Shown: one piece after another, positions 20,200 through 30,352 of the stretch | Layout of the letters: the number at the start of each line of letters is the position of its first letter | Numbering within the stretch: position 1 is the first letter of the stretch | Source: Alphaproteobacteria bacterium | GTDB lineage: Bacteria > Pseudomonadota > Alphaproteobacteria > GCA-2746255 | DNA: 64,000 nucleotides | Assembly (NCBI GenBank): GCA_965249135.1 | Contig: OZ252220.1 | Location: 1,696,001-1,760,000 of the forward strand | Direction: 5' to 3' | Position numbers and translations under genes: made by a program | Notes under the pieces: generated by a model | Seen by the model: the letters and a program-made list of their open reading frames with translations, nothing else | What the model was told of the DNA's origin: nothing | Database searches by the model: none

Positions 20200-21317
20200 A
20201 CGCCCCACTCCTTGCGCACCTCGGCATCCGCTTCGGAAGGGGCGTGGCGCGCATGAAGGGCCGCGAAGGTTTCTGCGTCCACGAGACGATGCAAGGCCCA
20301 GACGGCCATCCCGCGAACCAGAGGAGAGGGGTCGGAAAGGCGGCGTTCGACGGTGGGCACGATTCGTGAATCCCCAGAATTTCCAAGTGCAATCAAAACA
20401 TTACGTAAGAAGCGCTGACGTCCGATCCGTTTGATCGCGCTACCGGCGAAGCGCCGCCGGAAGGCGGCATCGTCAAGCTCGACGAGCTCGGCGAGTTCGG
20501 GGCTTATCAGCTCGGCGCGGGGACGAAAGGCGTATTCCTCCGTTTGCTGCGCGAATTTGTTCCACGGGCAGACGGCGAGGCAATCGTCGCAGCCATAGAT
20601 TCGATTGCCCATCGCTTGGCGAAATTCGCGCGGGATGACGCCCTTGTGTTCGATCGTAAGGTAAGAAATGCAACGGCGCGCATCGAGCTCATAGGGTTTT
20701 GGAAAAGCCTTCGTCGGACAGACGTCGAGGCAGGCTTGGCAGACACCGCAATGATCGGTTTCCGGCGCATCCGGAGGCAAAGAAAGGGTCGTCAGAATCT
20801 CGCCTAAGAAGAGCCAGGAACCGTGGCGCGTCGAGACGAGGTTCGTATGCTTTCCCTGCCAGCCGATGCCGCCTCTTTCGGCGAGCGGCTTTTCCATTAA
20901 GGGTGCCGTGTCGACGAAAACCTTCACTTCGCACTCGAAGGTGGTGGCGATCCAGCCGGCAAACCGTTTCAGCCGTTTCTTGAGCATCTGGTGGTAGTCC
21001 GCACCGCGGGCATAGACGCTGATGTTGCCGAGGCGTGGCTTTGCGAGGAGGGCAAGCGGGGCGTCCGCCGGTGCGTAATTCATGCCAAGGGCAATGACGC
21101 TCTTTGCTTCGGGCCAAAGGGCAAGCGGGTCGGCACGGCGAACGAAGCTCGCATCAAGCCACGCCATGTCGCCGTGGTAGCCCTTTTGAAGGAAACGCTT
21201 GAGGTTTTTCTTGAGGCCCTCGTCGGAGGCAGCCTCAAGGAAGCCGACCGCATCGAAGCCCAAGTCCCGCGCCTTCGCCCGGATAGACTCGCCGTTCGTT
21301 TTGTTCGCTGCCATCAC
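20196..21317 (-). CDS. queG: Epoxyqueuosine reductase (cobalamin/4Fe-4S)
   Basis: YARGADYH, VDTAP, GWQGK, CGVCQACLDVCPT, CISYLTIE, YGCDDCLAVCPWN. Confidence 0.97.
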   Translation of the reverse strand: MMAANKTNGESIRAKARDLGFDAVGFLEAASDEGLKKNLKRFLQKGYHGDMAWLDASFVRRADPLALWPEAKSVIALGMNYAPADAPLALLAKPRLGNISVYARGADYHQMLKKRLKRFAGWIATTFECEVKVFVDTAPLMEKPLAERGGIGWQGKHTNLVSTRHGSWLFLGEILTTLSLPPDAPETDHCGVCQACLDVCPTKAFPKPYELDARRCISYLTIEHKGVIPREFRQAMGNRIYGCDDCLAVCPWNKFAQQTEEYAFRPRAELISPELAELVELDDAAFRRRFAGSAIKRIGRQRFLRNVLIALGNSGDSRIVPTVERRLSDPSPLVRGMAVWALHRLVDAETFAALHARHAPSEADAEVRKEWGV

Positions 21318-21322
21318 CGCCC

Positions 21323-23725
21323 CTAGTGACGAAGTTCGGCTCCGGTTGCCCTGCTCACGCTGTCTACGATTTTCTCAGCGACAGCGGCGATTTCCTCATC
21401 CGTAAGCGTCTTCTCCCTAGGCTGCAGGGTGACGGAGATGGCAAGCGACTTCTTGCCGAGTGCCACGCCCTTGCCTTGGTAGACGTCGAAAACGGTGACG
21501 GAGCTGATCAATTTCGGCGCCGCCTTTTTCGTGGCGCGAAGGATCTCCGCCGCAGCAACGCCTTCATCGACGACGAAGGCGAAGTCGCGCGCGACCGCCT
21601 GAAAAGCAGAGGCACCCAGGGGCGGGCGGGTGCGGTATGAGCGAAGCTTCGGTGCCGGCGCACGATCGAGGAAGACTTCGAAGCCAACGACGGGCCCTTC
21701 GATTTCCATGCGTGCGAGGACGCTGGGGTGAATTTCACCGAAATAGGCAAACACGTTCTTCGGCCCCTGGCGGAACGTGCCGACGCGTGCCGGGTGATAC
21801 CAAGTGGGGCCTTCGGAGGCGGCCTCGAGACTTGCCGCCCTTACCCCGGCCGCGGTGAGCGTCGCTATCGCGTCGGCTTTCGCATCATAGGCATCGACGG
21901 GGTGCGCGGATGTAAGCCAATGGCGGGGGCCGATCTTACCGGCCCGGATGCCTGCGGCCACCAGGGACTGGTCCTCCGCCAATAGGCCTGCGTATTGGGG
22001 ACCGATTTCAAAGAGGGCGAGGTCCGGGAAGCCACGATCGGCGTTTCGCCCCACCGCCAGGATCAGATGGGGAAGGATCGAAGGGCGCAGCATATCGAGG
22101 TCTGCGCTGATTGGATTTTCCAGCGCAAGCGCCTTGGTGCCACCAAAATCGGAAGCGACGCGGGAAGATAGGAAGGACCAGTTGACCGCCTCGACCATGC
22201 CGCGGCCGGCCAGCGTGCGTCTGGCAAATTCCGCCTGGTGCTCGGTCGGCGTCACGATGACCTGGGGAAGCGAGGTCTCCGAAGAGGGCGGCAGCGAGGG
22301 GATCGCGTCATACCCGTGAATGCGAAGGACTTCCTCGACGAGGTCCGCCTCGCCCTCGATGTCGTTGCGCCAGGAAGGGACACGGATCGCAAGACCCTTT
22401 CCCTTTTTCACGCCTTCGAAGCCGAGCTTCTTCAAGATGCCCACCGATTTCTTTTCGGGCAGATCGATGCCGCCAAGGAAGCGCACGCGATCGGCTCGGA
22501 AGACAACGGTTTGATCGCGCCTTTCTTCCTTGCCGGCGATGACGCATTCGCCGACCTCGCCGCCACAGAATTCGAGGATGTATTGCGTCGCCGCCTCCAT
22601 GCCGGGTAGGACCAGGGCGGAATCGACACCGCGCTCGAAGCGATGACGCGCATCCGTCTCGATGTTGAGCTTGCGCCCGGTTGCCGCCGTGCGTACCGGG
22701 TCGAAGATCGCCGATTCGACGAAGACGTTTGTCGTCGACTCCGTGCAGCCGGAGGAAACGCCACCGATGACGCCGGCGAGACTCAAGACTTCCCTTTCGT
22801 CGGCGATCACGCACATCTCCGCATCGAGGACGTAGTCCTTGCCGTCCAGCGCACGCAACGTTTCGCCCTCGCGGGCAAGGCGCACGGTGAGGTTTCCATT
22901 GAGCGTGTCCGCATCGAAGACGTGCATGGGGCGGCCCAACTCGATCGCCATCAGGTTCGTCACGTCGACCAGGCCTGAGATGGGACGAAGCCCGATGGCG
23001 CGCAGACGATTCTGAAGCCAATCCGGGCTGGGCCCGTTCTTCACGCCGCGCAAGCTGCGGCCGACGAAATGGGGGCAGGCATCCTTTGCACCCTTCGGGA
23101 AATCGAGGGAAAGCCCGATCGGCCTTTCGAAAATGCCGGTGACGGGCTTTGCTTGCCAGGGCTTCAGCTTGCCGAGGCCGGCCGCCGCGAGGTCACGGGC
23201 GATGCCGCGCACGCTCAGGCAATCCCCGCGGTTCGGGGTGAGCGCCAGATGGAGCATCGGATCGTCCAGGCCAAGTGCGGTGACGGCAGGGGAGCCGATT
23301 TTCGTATCCGCCGGCAACTCGATCACGCCGGCGTGGTCCTCGCCAAGTTCGAGTTCCGCCGCCGAGCACAGCATGCCTTCGCTGAGGACCCCCCGGATCT
23401 TGCCGGCGCGCAAGGGCTCTTGCGTTGCCGGGATGATGGTCCCCGGAACGGCCAGCACCCCCTTCATTCCGGCCTGGGCGTTGGCGGCCCCGCAGACGAC
23501 GGTGAACGTCTTCTTGCCAGTCGAGACGGAACAAACCTGAAGGCGCTCGGCGTCCGGGTGTCGCTCGGCGCTTTGTACCCCGGCGACGGTGAAGCCCTTA
23601 AGCGTCTTCGACCGATCGACGCATTCTTCCACCTCGAGGCCGATCGCCGTCAGTTTATCGGCGATCGTCGAGAGATCGGCGTCCGTATCGAGGTGTTCGC
23701 GAAGCCAGCCGAGGGTGAATTTCAT
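21323..23725 (-). CDS. pheT: Phenylalanine--tRNA ligase beta subunit
   Basis: [39 protein letters not shown]. Confidence 0.98.
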   Translation of the reverse strand: MKFTLGWLREHLDTDADLSTIADKLTAIGLEVEECVDRSKTLKGFTVAGVQSAERHPDAERLQVCSVSTGKKTFTVVCGAANAQAGMKGVLAVPGTIIPATQEPLRAGKIRGVLSEGMLCSAAELELGEDHAGVIELPADTKIGSPAVTALGLDDPMLHLALTPNRGDCLSVRGIARDLAAAGLGKLKPWQAKPVTGIFERPIGLSLDFPKGAKDACPHFVGRSLRGVKNGPSPDWLQNRLRAIGLRPISGLVDVTNLMAIELGRPMHVFDADTLNGNLTVRLAREGETLRALDGKDYVLDAEMCVIADEREVLSLAGVIGGVSSGCTESTTNVFVESAIFDPVRTAATGRKLNIETDARHRFERGVDSALVLPGMEAATQYILEFCGGEVGECVIAGKEERRDQTVVFRADRVRFLGGIDLPEKKSVGILKKLGFEGVKKGKGLAIRVPSWRNDIEGEADLVEEVLRIHGYDAIPSLPPSSETSLPQVIVTPTEHQAEFARRTLAGRGMVEAVNWSFLSSRVASDFGGTKALALENPISADLDMLRPSILPHLILAVGRNADRGFPDLALFEIGPQYAGLLAEDQSLVAAGIRAGKIGPRHWLTSAHPVDAYDAKADAIATLTAAGVRAASLEAASEGPTWYHPARVGTFRQGPKNVFAYFGEIHPSVLARMEIEGPVVGFEVFLDRAPAPKLRSYRTRPPLGASAFQAVARDFAFVVDEGVAAAEILRATKKAAPKLISSVTVFDVYQGKGVALGKKSLAISVTLQPREKTLTDEEIAAVAEKIVDSVSRATGAELRH

Positions 23726-24798
23726 CACGAAAGCCCCCCGGCAAGGGTAGGAACATCCAACGGCAGGAAGCCGTAGTGGCGAAGCCAGCGGAGATCCGAT
23801 TCGAAAAAGGTGCGCAGATCCGGAATGCCGTATTTCAACATGGCGACCCGCTCGACCCCGAGGCCGAAGGCGAAGCCCTGGTACGTATTCGAATCGATCC
23901 CGCAGTGCTCCAGCACTTTTGGGTGGACCATCCCGCAGCCCAATATTTCAAGCCAGTCGGCACCGGTGCCGACGCGCAATTCGTCCTTCTCGCGGGCGCA
24001 GCCGATGTCGACCTCTGCCGAAGGTTCCGTGAAAGGAAAAAAACTTGGCCGAAAACGCAACGGCACGTCGTCGAGTTCGAAAAAGGTGCGGCAGAAATCG
24101 AAGAGACAGCCTTTCAGGTGTCCCATATGGGTGCTCTTATCGATGAGCAGGCCCTCGATCTGGTGGAACATCGGCGTGTGCGTGATGTCCGAATCCCGCC
24201 GATAGGTGCGGCCCGGCGCGATGATCCGGATCGGCGGCTTCGTCGCCTGCATCGTCCGGATTTGGACCGGGGAGGTGTGGGTACGCAGCAACCTTCGCTC
24301 GCCGGATGAATCGGGCGGGAAGTAAAACGTGTCGTGCATCTGGCGGGCGGGATGTTCCGGCGGGATATTGAGGGCCGCGAAATTATGGAAGTCATCCTCG
24401 ACGTCCGGTCCCTCCGCAACGGCAAACCCCATCGCGCCGAAGATCTGAAGAAGCTCGTTCATCGTCTGGCTGATGGGATGGATCCGCCCTTCCGCTTCGG
24501 GGCGGACCGGAAGCGTCATGTCGAGCCGTTCCTCAAGGAGGCGCGTGTTTAATGCCAAATCGCCCAAAAACCGGCTGCGGTCGGTAATCGCCTGGGTGAC
24601 CTCCTCCTTGAGGGCGTTCAAGCTCGCCCCCTGATTGCGGCGTTCCTCAGGCTCGAGTTCGCTCAAGCCCTTCATTCGCTCGGTGATTTTCCCCTTCTTG
24701 CCAAGGGCCGTGACGCGGAGACGCTCGAGACCTTCGAGGTTTTTCACCGCTTCGATCTCGTTCAGCAGCGCTTTGCGCAGGGGTTCGAGGTCCGTCAT
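23725..24798 (-). CDS. pheS: Phenylalanine--tRNA ligase alpha subunit
   Basis: [46 protein letters not shown]. Confidence 0.98.
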   Translation of the reverse strand: MTDLEPLRKALLNEIEAVKNLEGLERLRVTALGKKGKITERMKGLSELEPEERRNQGASLNALKEEVTQAITDRSRFLGDLALNTRLLEERLDMTLPVRPEAEGRIHPISQTMNELLQIFGAMGFAVAEGPDVEDDFHNFAALNIPPEHPARQMHDTFYFPPDSSGERRLLRTHTSPVQIRTMQATKPPIRIIAPGRTYRRDSDITHTPMFHQIEGLLIDKSTHMGHLKGCLFDFCRTFFELDDVPLRFRPSFFPFTEPSAEVDIGCAREKDELRVGTGADWLEILGCGMVHPKVLEHCGIDSNTYQGFAFGLGVERVAMLKYGIPDLRTFFESDLRWLRHYGFLPLDVPTLAGGLS

Positions 24799-24816
24799 CG
24801 CTTTCCTATCTTAAGG

Positions 24817-24850
24817 AAAAAGAAGAGGGCTTACGAATGCAAGCCCTCTT
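24817..24850 (-). terminator. Intrinsic terminator between rplT and pheS
   Basis: Stem AAGAGGGCTT/AAGCCCTCTT followed by CTTTTT on the minus strand. Confidence 0.75.
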
Positions 24851-24885
24851 ACTTCAAATTCCAACTGCCGGTTCGGGGCTTAAGA

Positions 24886-25251
24886 TCATGCGGTTGGGCC
24901 CAGCGCCCCCCGGGCCTGTTCTACGATCTCCTTAAAGGCCGATGGGTCGTTTACCGCGAGATCCGAGAGCACCTTGCGATCCATCTCGATTCCGGCCTTC
25001 TTGATGCCGCTCATGAATTGTGAATAGGTAAGTCCATATTCCCGGGCACCCGCATTGATGCGCTGTATCCAAAGGGCACGGAAACTGCGCTTGCGGTTAC
25101 GGCGATCACGATAGGCATATTGCAGGCCTTTCTCGACCCGCTCGATCGCCACGCGAAAACTTGATTTCGCACGGCCGCGATAGCCGGTGGCCCGGTCGAT
25201 GACCTTCTTGTGACGGGCGTGGGCGCCGACCCCTCTCTTCACGCGTGCCAT
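24886..25251 (-). CDS. rplT: 50S ribosomal protein L20
   Basis: [34 protein letters not shown]. Confidence 0.98.
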   Translation of the reverse strand: MARVKRGVGAHARHKKVIDRATGYRGRAKSSFRVAIERVEKGLQYAYRDRRNRKRSFRALWIQRINAGAREYGLTYSQFMSGIKKAGIEMDRKVLSDLAVNDPSAFKEIVEQARGALGPTA

Positions 25252-25260
25252 GGGCCGTCC

Positions 25261-25461
25261 TTAACTGCCGTAAGGCATGAATTTCTTGACGATGGCAGCG
25301 TCCGCCTTCGACAGAAACGTCGCGCGACGAGCCTTTCTTTTCATTTTCTGGGAGCGCTTCCGCAGGTTGTGACGCTTACCCGACGGGTTCATCCGGACCT
25401 TTCCCTTGGCGGTCATCCGGAATCGGCGCTTTGTGCTGCTTTTCGTCTTGAGCTTGGGCAT
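25261..25461 (-). CDS. rpmI: 50S ribosomal protein L35
   Basis: MPKLKTKSSTKRRF..GK..RH; AAGGAGAGG RBS. Confidence 0.97.
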   Translation of the reverse strand: MPKLKTKSSTKRRFRMTAKGKVRMNPSGKRHNLRKRSQKMKRKARRATFLSKADAAIVKKFMPYGS

Positions 25462-25489
25462 TTTCCTCTCCTTCAAGTCGAGGCTTCAT

Positions 25490-25523
25490 GAGCGGCTAGG
25501 CATGCCCGTAAGCCTTACCGCTC
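25490..25523 (-). promoter_or_regulatory. Hairpin in rpmI leader, candidate L20 autoregulatory element
   Basis: GAGCGG/CCGCTC and AGGC/GCCT stems enclosing GGGCAT, about 30 nt upstream of rpmI. Confidence 0.4.
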
Positions 25524-25591
25524 GAAAGCAGCGTGGGTTATACCGAGTGCGCGTTGGAAAGGCAAGAACCCGGCCTCGGCCGGAACGCCCC

Positions 25592-26128
25592 TTACTTCGT
25601 GGTTAGCACCATCGTCATCAGCCGCCCTTCCATCTGGGGGAACTGCTCGATTTTGCCGACTGCTTCCACGTCGTCGCGGATTCGCATCAGAACTTTCAAG
25701 CCCAAGTCCTGGTGCGCCATTTCCCGGCCCCGGAAACGCATCGTCACCTTGACCTTGTTGCCTTCACCCAGGAAGGCCATGATTTTGCGGAGTTTCACTT
25801 CGTAGTCGTGGATTTCAGTCCCGGGGCGAAGCTTGATCTCCTTGACGTCGATCACCTTCTGCTTCTTTTTTGCCTCGGCGCGCTTTTTGCTCTCCTGATA
25901 TTTGAGCTTTCCGTAGTCGAGGACTTTGCAGACGGGTGGATCGGCGGTCGGTGATATCTCGACGAGGTCAAGCCCGGCTTCTTCAGCGGCTTTGAGACCT
26001 TCCTCGATGGGAACGACGCCGATTTGCTCCGAGTTGGCTCCAATAAGACGGATGGTGGGAACGTCGATTTGTTCGTTGATGCGCGGTCCCTGTCGGGATG
26101 GCCGCGTTTGCGCAGATAATCTGGCTAT
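25592..26128 (-). CDS. infC: Translation initiation factor IF-3, ATA start codon
   Basis: One continuous frame from ATA 26128 (6 nt after GGAGG): GPRINEQI..RLI..DLVEISP..PPVCKVLDYGK..KEIKLRP..GREMAH; 537 nt. Confidence 0.95.
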   Translation of the reverse strand: MARLSAQTRPSRQGPRINEQIDVPTIRLIGANSEQIGVVPIEEGLKAAEEAGLDLVEISPTADPPVCKVLDYGKLKYQESKKRAEAKKKQKVIDVKEIKLRPGTEIHDYEVKLRKIMAFLGEGNKVKVTMRFRGREMAHQDLGLKVLMRIRDDVEAVGKIEQFPQMEGRLMTMVLTTK

Positions 26129-26165
26129 GAACTTCCTCCAATTGTTGTTTCAGCGAAGACCGTGG

Positions 26166-28079
26166 TTACGCGTCGGGAGCCGCAGCTTCCTTGCTAAGTC
26201 TAGCGACTGCTTCTTCGAGGGCAAGGCTTTCTTGATCCTTGCTTCCCAAGTGGCGGACGGAAACCGTATGGTTTTCCGCTTCCCGGTTGCCGATGGCAAG
26301 AAGAACAGGGATTTTCGCAAGGCTATGCTCGCGGACCTTGTAGTTAATCTTTTCGTTACGAAGATCCAGTTCGACCCGAAGCCCCGCCTTTTGGAGTGCG
26401 TCAAAGACTTCGCCCGCGTATGCATCGCTGTCGTTTGTGATGGTTACGACGACGATCTGTAACGGTGCAAGCCACATGGGCAAACGGCCGGCATAGTGTT
26501 CGATGAGTACGCCGATAAAGCGTTCGATGGAGCCCAGGATCGCCCGGTGCAGCATGACCGGGCGATGTTTCTCGCTATCCTCGCCGATGTAGTTTGCGTG
26601 CAGCCGCTCCGGCAATACGAAGTCGACCTGCAGCGTGCCGCATTGCCACTCGCGACCGATGGCGTCCCGGAGGACGAATTCGAGCTTTGGTCCGTAGAAG
26701 GCGCCTTCGCCGGGATTCAGCGACACCTCAAGGCCGGTTGCCTCCGTCGCGGCGCGAAGGGCCGCTTCCGACTCGTCCCAAATGGCATCTTCACCGGCGC
26801 GCAGGTCGGGCCGGTCGGCATATTTGATGATGACGTCCTCATACCCGAAATCCTTGTAAATGCTTAACAAGAGATTGCAGAACGCCGTTGTTTCCCCGGT
26901 GATCTGATCGTGGGTGCAGAAGATGTGCGCGTCGTCCTGGGTGAAGGCGCGAACCCGAAAGAGCCCGTGGAGCGCGCCGGACGGCTCGTTTCGGTAACAG
27001 CAACCGAATTCCGCCATACGCAGCGGAAGATCCCGGTAGCTCTTCAAGCCTTGCCGGAAGATCTGGACATGACCGGGACAGTTCATCGGTTTCAGCGCCA
27101 GCACACGCTCCTCCGACTCGGCGGTAAACATGTGTTCGCGAAACTTTTCCCAATGACCCGACTGCTCCCAAAGACTGCGGTCCAAGAGTTCCGGCGTTCG
27201 CACCTCGACGTAGCCTGCTTGGTCCAAGCGACGGCGGATGTAGGCCTCGAGAATCCGATAGAGCGTCCAGCCCTTCGGATGCCAGAAGATGGAACCCACC
27301 GCCTCTTCCTGAATGTGGAAGAGCCCCATCTCTTTACCTAAGCGACGGTGATCGCGCCGTGCCGCTTCCTCCAGGAGGAAGAGGTGGTTCTTTAATTCCT
27401 TTTCGTTCGCCCAGGCGGTGCCGTAGATGCGCTGGAGCATCTCGTTCCGGGAATCCCCCCGCCAATAGGCCCCGGCAAGCTTCGTGAGCTTGAAGCCTTT
27501 GCCCAACCTTCCGGTCGATGGCAGATGGGGACCTCGGCAAAGGTCGATGAAGTTACCCTGGCGGTAAAGGGTGATGTCCTCATCGGACGGGATCGCCTCG
27601 ATGATTTCCGCCTTGTAGCGTTCGCCTGCGTTCTTGAAGAAAGTGATCGCCTCTTCGCGATTCCAGATCTCGCGAATGACCGCTTCGTCGCGTGCGACGA
27701 TCTCGTGCATCCGTTTCTCGATCTTCTCCAGATCTTCCGGCGTGAAGGGTTCCTTTCGGGAAAAATCGTAGTAGAAACCGTTCGCGATCGCCGGGCCGAT
27801 CGTGACCTGGGTTTTTGGATAAAGCTCCTTTACCGCTTCGGCCATGACGTGGGCGGCGTCGTGGCGGAGGATTTCGCGCCCCTCGTCCGTCTCGCGCGTG
27901 ACGATGGCAATCTCGGCGTCTTCCTCGAGCGTGCGGGTGAGATCCCAGAGCTCGCCATTCACGCGAATGGCGACCGCCGCCTTGGCCAGGCCTTTGCCGA
28001 TCGCCATGGCGATCTCAAGACCAGTCACGCCGCTCTTGTGAGGCTGGACGGAACCATCGGGAAGGGTAATTGCGACCAT
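26166..28079 (-). CDS. thrS: Threonine--tRNA ligase
   Basis: ITLPDGS (TGS domain), [45 protein letters not shown]. Confidence 0.98.
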   Translation of the reverse strand: MVAITLPDGSVQPHKSGVTGLEIAMAIGKGLAKAAVAIRVNGELWDLTRTLEEDAEIAIVTRETDEGREILRHDAAHVMAEAVKELYPKTQVTIGPAIANGFYYDFSRKEPFTPEDLEKIEKRMHEIVARDEAVIREIWNREEAITFFKNAGERYKAEIIEAIPSDEDITLYRQGNFIDLCRGPHLPSTGRLGKGFKLTKLAGAYWRGDSRNEMLQRIYGTAWANEKELKNHLFLLEEAARRDHRRLGKEMGLFHIQEEAVGSIFWHPKGWTLYRILEAYIRRRLDQAGYVEVRTPELLDRSLWEQSGHWEKFREHMFTAESEERVLALKPMNCPGHVQIFRQGLKSYRDLPLRMAEFGCCYRNEPSGALHGLFRVRAFTQDDAHIFCTHDQITGETTAFCNLLLSIYKDFGYEDVIIKYADRPDLRAGEDAIWDESEAALRAATEATGLEVSLNPGEGAFYGPKLEFVLRDAIGREWQCGTLQVDFVLPERLHANYIGEDSEKHRPVMLHRAILGSIERFIGVLIEHYAGRLPMWLAPLQIVVVTITNDSDAYAGEVFDALQKAGLRVELDLRNEKINYKVREHSLAKIPVLLAIGNREAENHTVSVRHLGSKDQESLALEEAVARLSKEAAAPDA

Positions 28080-28145
28080 CTGAAAGTCCGGAAAAACCGC
28101 CTTTTTCCTATGGGTTGCGGAAATGTAGAACCTTTCGAAACCGTG

Positions 28146-29105
28146 TCAAGGATGGCCCGGTTCCGTATTGCCTTCCGAGGCTTGCGGGAGGCAAAGCGCT
28201 TCGAACACGTCTGCCGGCGTGAGCGCCGCCAAGGGCTCGCGTCTTACGATCGTCACCCGCCGCCCTCGAGGGGCACAAAGGGCAGGATCAGACGCGCCGG
28301 AAAAGAGGACCAGGGTCGAGCTTCCGGCGATCGCGATCAGATGCATGGGCCCGGTGTCGTTTCCCACCGCCCCTTCCGCACCACGCGCCAACTCGGCGAT
28401 GTCGAAAAGATCCGTGGCACCGGCAAGGTTCACCGCCTGCGGGCAGGCCGTGGCGATCGCCGCCAGGGTTTCCGCTTCCGCAGCCGTGCCGAGCAGGACG
28501 GGGGTCACGCCACGTTCGGCGAGAAGCTTCGCAAGTGCCACGTAATGCGGCTCCGGCCAGCGTTTTTCCGGGCGGTGGGGGGCGCCTCCCGGAACGAAGA
28601 GGACGTAAGAGCTTGGCAAGTGAAAGCGCGATGCATCGGCCGTCATCCAGTCGACGGAAGCAGGCGGCACGTCCGCGATCCCCGCCATCTTAAGCTGTTC
28701 CGTCTGGCGTTCGATCGTGTGCTGAAAATCGCGCTTTGGATTTGCGTGCGGGTGTGAGCAGCCGCGCGCAATGCCGGACCATTCCGGAAAGGGACCCGGG
28801 AAGAGAAGGGCGAAGTAAAAACCGCTGCGATCCGACGTCTGCAGGTCGTAGACTCGCTCGAAGCGTGCCTTGCGAAGCGCCTTGCGAAGTCGAAGCCAGT
28901 CGAAGATTTGCAAAAATTTTGGCCGGCGATCCAACCACACCGAATCAAAGTAGCCGCACCGTTCGGCCATCTCCTGGAAAGGGGCGGTCGCAAGAAGCGT
29001 GATCTTTGCCTCTTTGTGGTGGTGGCGAATGGCCGCGAAGGGCCCCAACGCCTGCAGGAAATCACCGAGCGCGCCGAGCTTGATCACAAGCACGCGGCTT
29101 GTCAT
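28146..29105 (-). CDS. Glycosyltransferase family 9 (heptosyltransferase-like)
   Basis: IKLGALGD, DLQ, PGG..KRWP, VGNDTGPMHL; ATG 29105 overlaps the upstream stop. Confidence 0.92.
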   Translation of the reverse strand: MTSRVLVIKLGALGDFLQALGPFAAIRHHHKEAKITLLATAPFQEMAERCGYFDSVWLDRRPKFLQIFDWLRLRKALRKARFERVYDLQTSDRSGFYFALLFPGPFPEWSGIARGCSHPHANPKRDFQHTIERQTEQLKMAGIADVPPASVDWMTADASRFHLPSSYVLFVPGGAPHRPEKRWPEPHYVALAKLLAERGVTPVLLGTAAEAETLAAIATACPQAVNLAGATDLFDIAELARGAEGAVGNDTGPMHLIAIAGSSTLVLFSGASDPALCAPRGRRVTIVRREPLAALTPADVFEALCLPQASEGNTEPGHP

Positions 29106-30277
29106 GAATGAGGGTCCCCGGCCAGCACCTCGCGGTAGACGTCCAGCGTCGCCTTGCACATGGCCACGCTCGAGTAATGCCGGACGATGTGCGCCCGTGC
29201 CTCGGCGGCCAAACGATTCCTCGCCATTGGTTCAAGCTCAAGGGCCCAGGCAAGCGCTTCGGCAAGCCGTTTCGAATCGCCCGGTGGCGTCAGCCAGCCC
29301 GTTTCGCCGGGCGACACCGTTTCCTGTGCGGCCCCATGGTCGGTCGCCAGCACCGGCCTTCCCATCGCCTGGGCCTCGGCGACGACGCGGCCGAAGGCCT
29401 CCGGGTCCGTCGAGGCGGAGACGACGACGTCTGCCAACATGTAAGCGGCCGGCATGTCCTTGCAGTGATCGGTGATCTTGATGATGTCGGAGAGACCGCG
29501 ATCCATGATCAATTTCTCAAGCCCCTTCCGGTAGCCGGCCCGGCCATGATCGGAGCCGGCGAGGCGACACTGAACGTCCTTCCGCCCAAGCGCGGCCAAT
29601 GCCTCGATGAGGACGCGCTGCCCCTTCCAACGCGTGAGCCTTCCCGGCAGCAGGATGACCGGCACATCGTCACGAAGCTGCCATTGGCGGGCAAGCTGGA
29701 TGATCCGCTCGGCGCTGACCCGGGCGGGATCGAAAACATCCAGCTTCACGCCGCGTGGGATGACGCGAAGCTTTCCCGGGTCCACGCCATAGATGCGGCG
29801 CATATGCTCGGCAATGAATTCGGAAATTGCGATGGCCCGTTCGCCCCTTGTCATGATGGCGTTGTAGTGGTGCTTCGCCCAATTGCCGGCCGAATAGGTG
29901 CCATGAAAGGTGGTCACGAAATGACAATGCGACCGCCTTGCCGCATAAAACGCACTCCAAGCGGGAGCCCGACTGCGTGCGTGCAGGATATCGATGCCAT
30001 GGGCTTCGACGAGGGCCGCCAGACGCTGGACGTTGCCATGCATGACAAGCGGGTTCTTGCTGCCGAGCGGCAGCGTGAAATGCGTAGCCCCTGCACGCTC
30101 GACTTCATGCCGCATGGGGCCGCCGGCGGAGGCGACGAGCGGCGTCCAACCGACATCGCGAAGGGCGGCGGCAATCTCGACGGTTCCGCGCTCGACCCCA
30201 CCGGCCATCAGTGCGGGCAAGACCTGCAGAACAACCGGGGCGCGCTTTTCCGTGCCTCCGGTCTTTGCATCCGACAT
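29102..30277 (-). CDS. Glycosyltransferase family 4
   Basis: GGVERG, HARSRAPAW, PGRLTRWKG, EAFGRVVAEAQAMG. Confidence 0.93.
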   Translation of the reverse strand: MSDAKTGGTEKRAPVVLQVLPALMAGGVERGTVEIAAALRDVGWTPLVASAGGPMRHEVERAGATHFTLPLGSKNPLVMHGNVQRLAALVEAHGIDILHARSRAPAWSAFYAARRSHCHFVTTFHGTYSAGNWAKHHYNAIMTRGERAIAISEFIAEHMRRIYGVDPGKLRVIPRGVKLDVFDPARVSAERIIQLARQWQLRDDVPVILLPGRLTRWKGQRVLIEALAALGRKDVQCRLAGSDHGRAGYRKGLEKLIMDRGLSDIIKITDHCKDMPAAYMLADVVVSASTDPEAFGRVVAEAQAMGRPVLATDHGAAQETVSPGETGWLTPPGDSKRLAEALAWALELEPMARNRLAAEARAHIVRHYSSVAMCKATLDVYREVLAGDPHS

Positions 30278-30352
30278 GCGTTGGCTCCTTGACGGAAGGT
30301 CCAAGGGGGCTTCTTAATCTCCGGCGTTTGGACACAGGTTGAGAACGAAACG

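Noticed and set aside
25592-26128. infC as a split or frameshifted pseudogene
   Set aside because: The frame is continuous from an ATA start; ORF 25852..26043 is an off-frame artefact.
27525-30292. Long + strand ORFs (410 aa and 394 aa)
   Set aside because: They are antisense shadows of thrS and the glycosyltransferases, expected at high GC, with no recognisable motifs.
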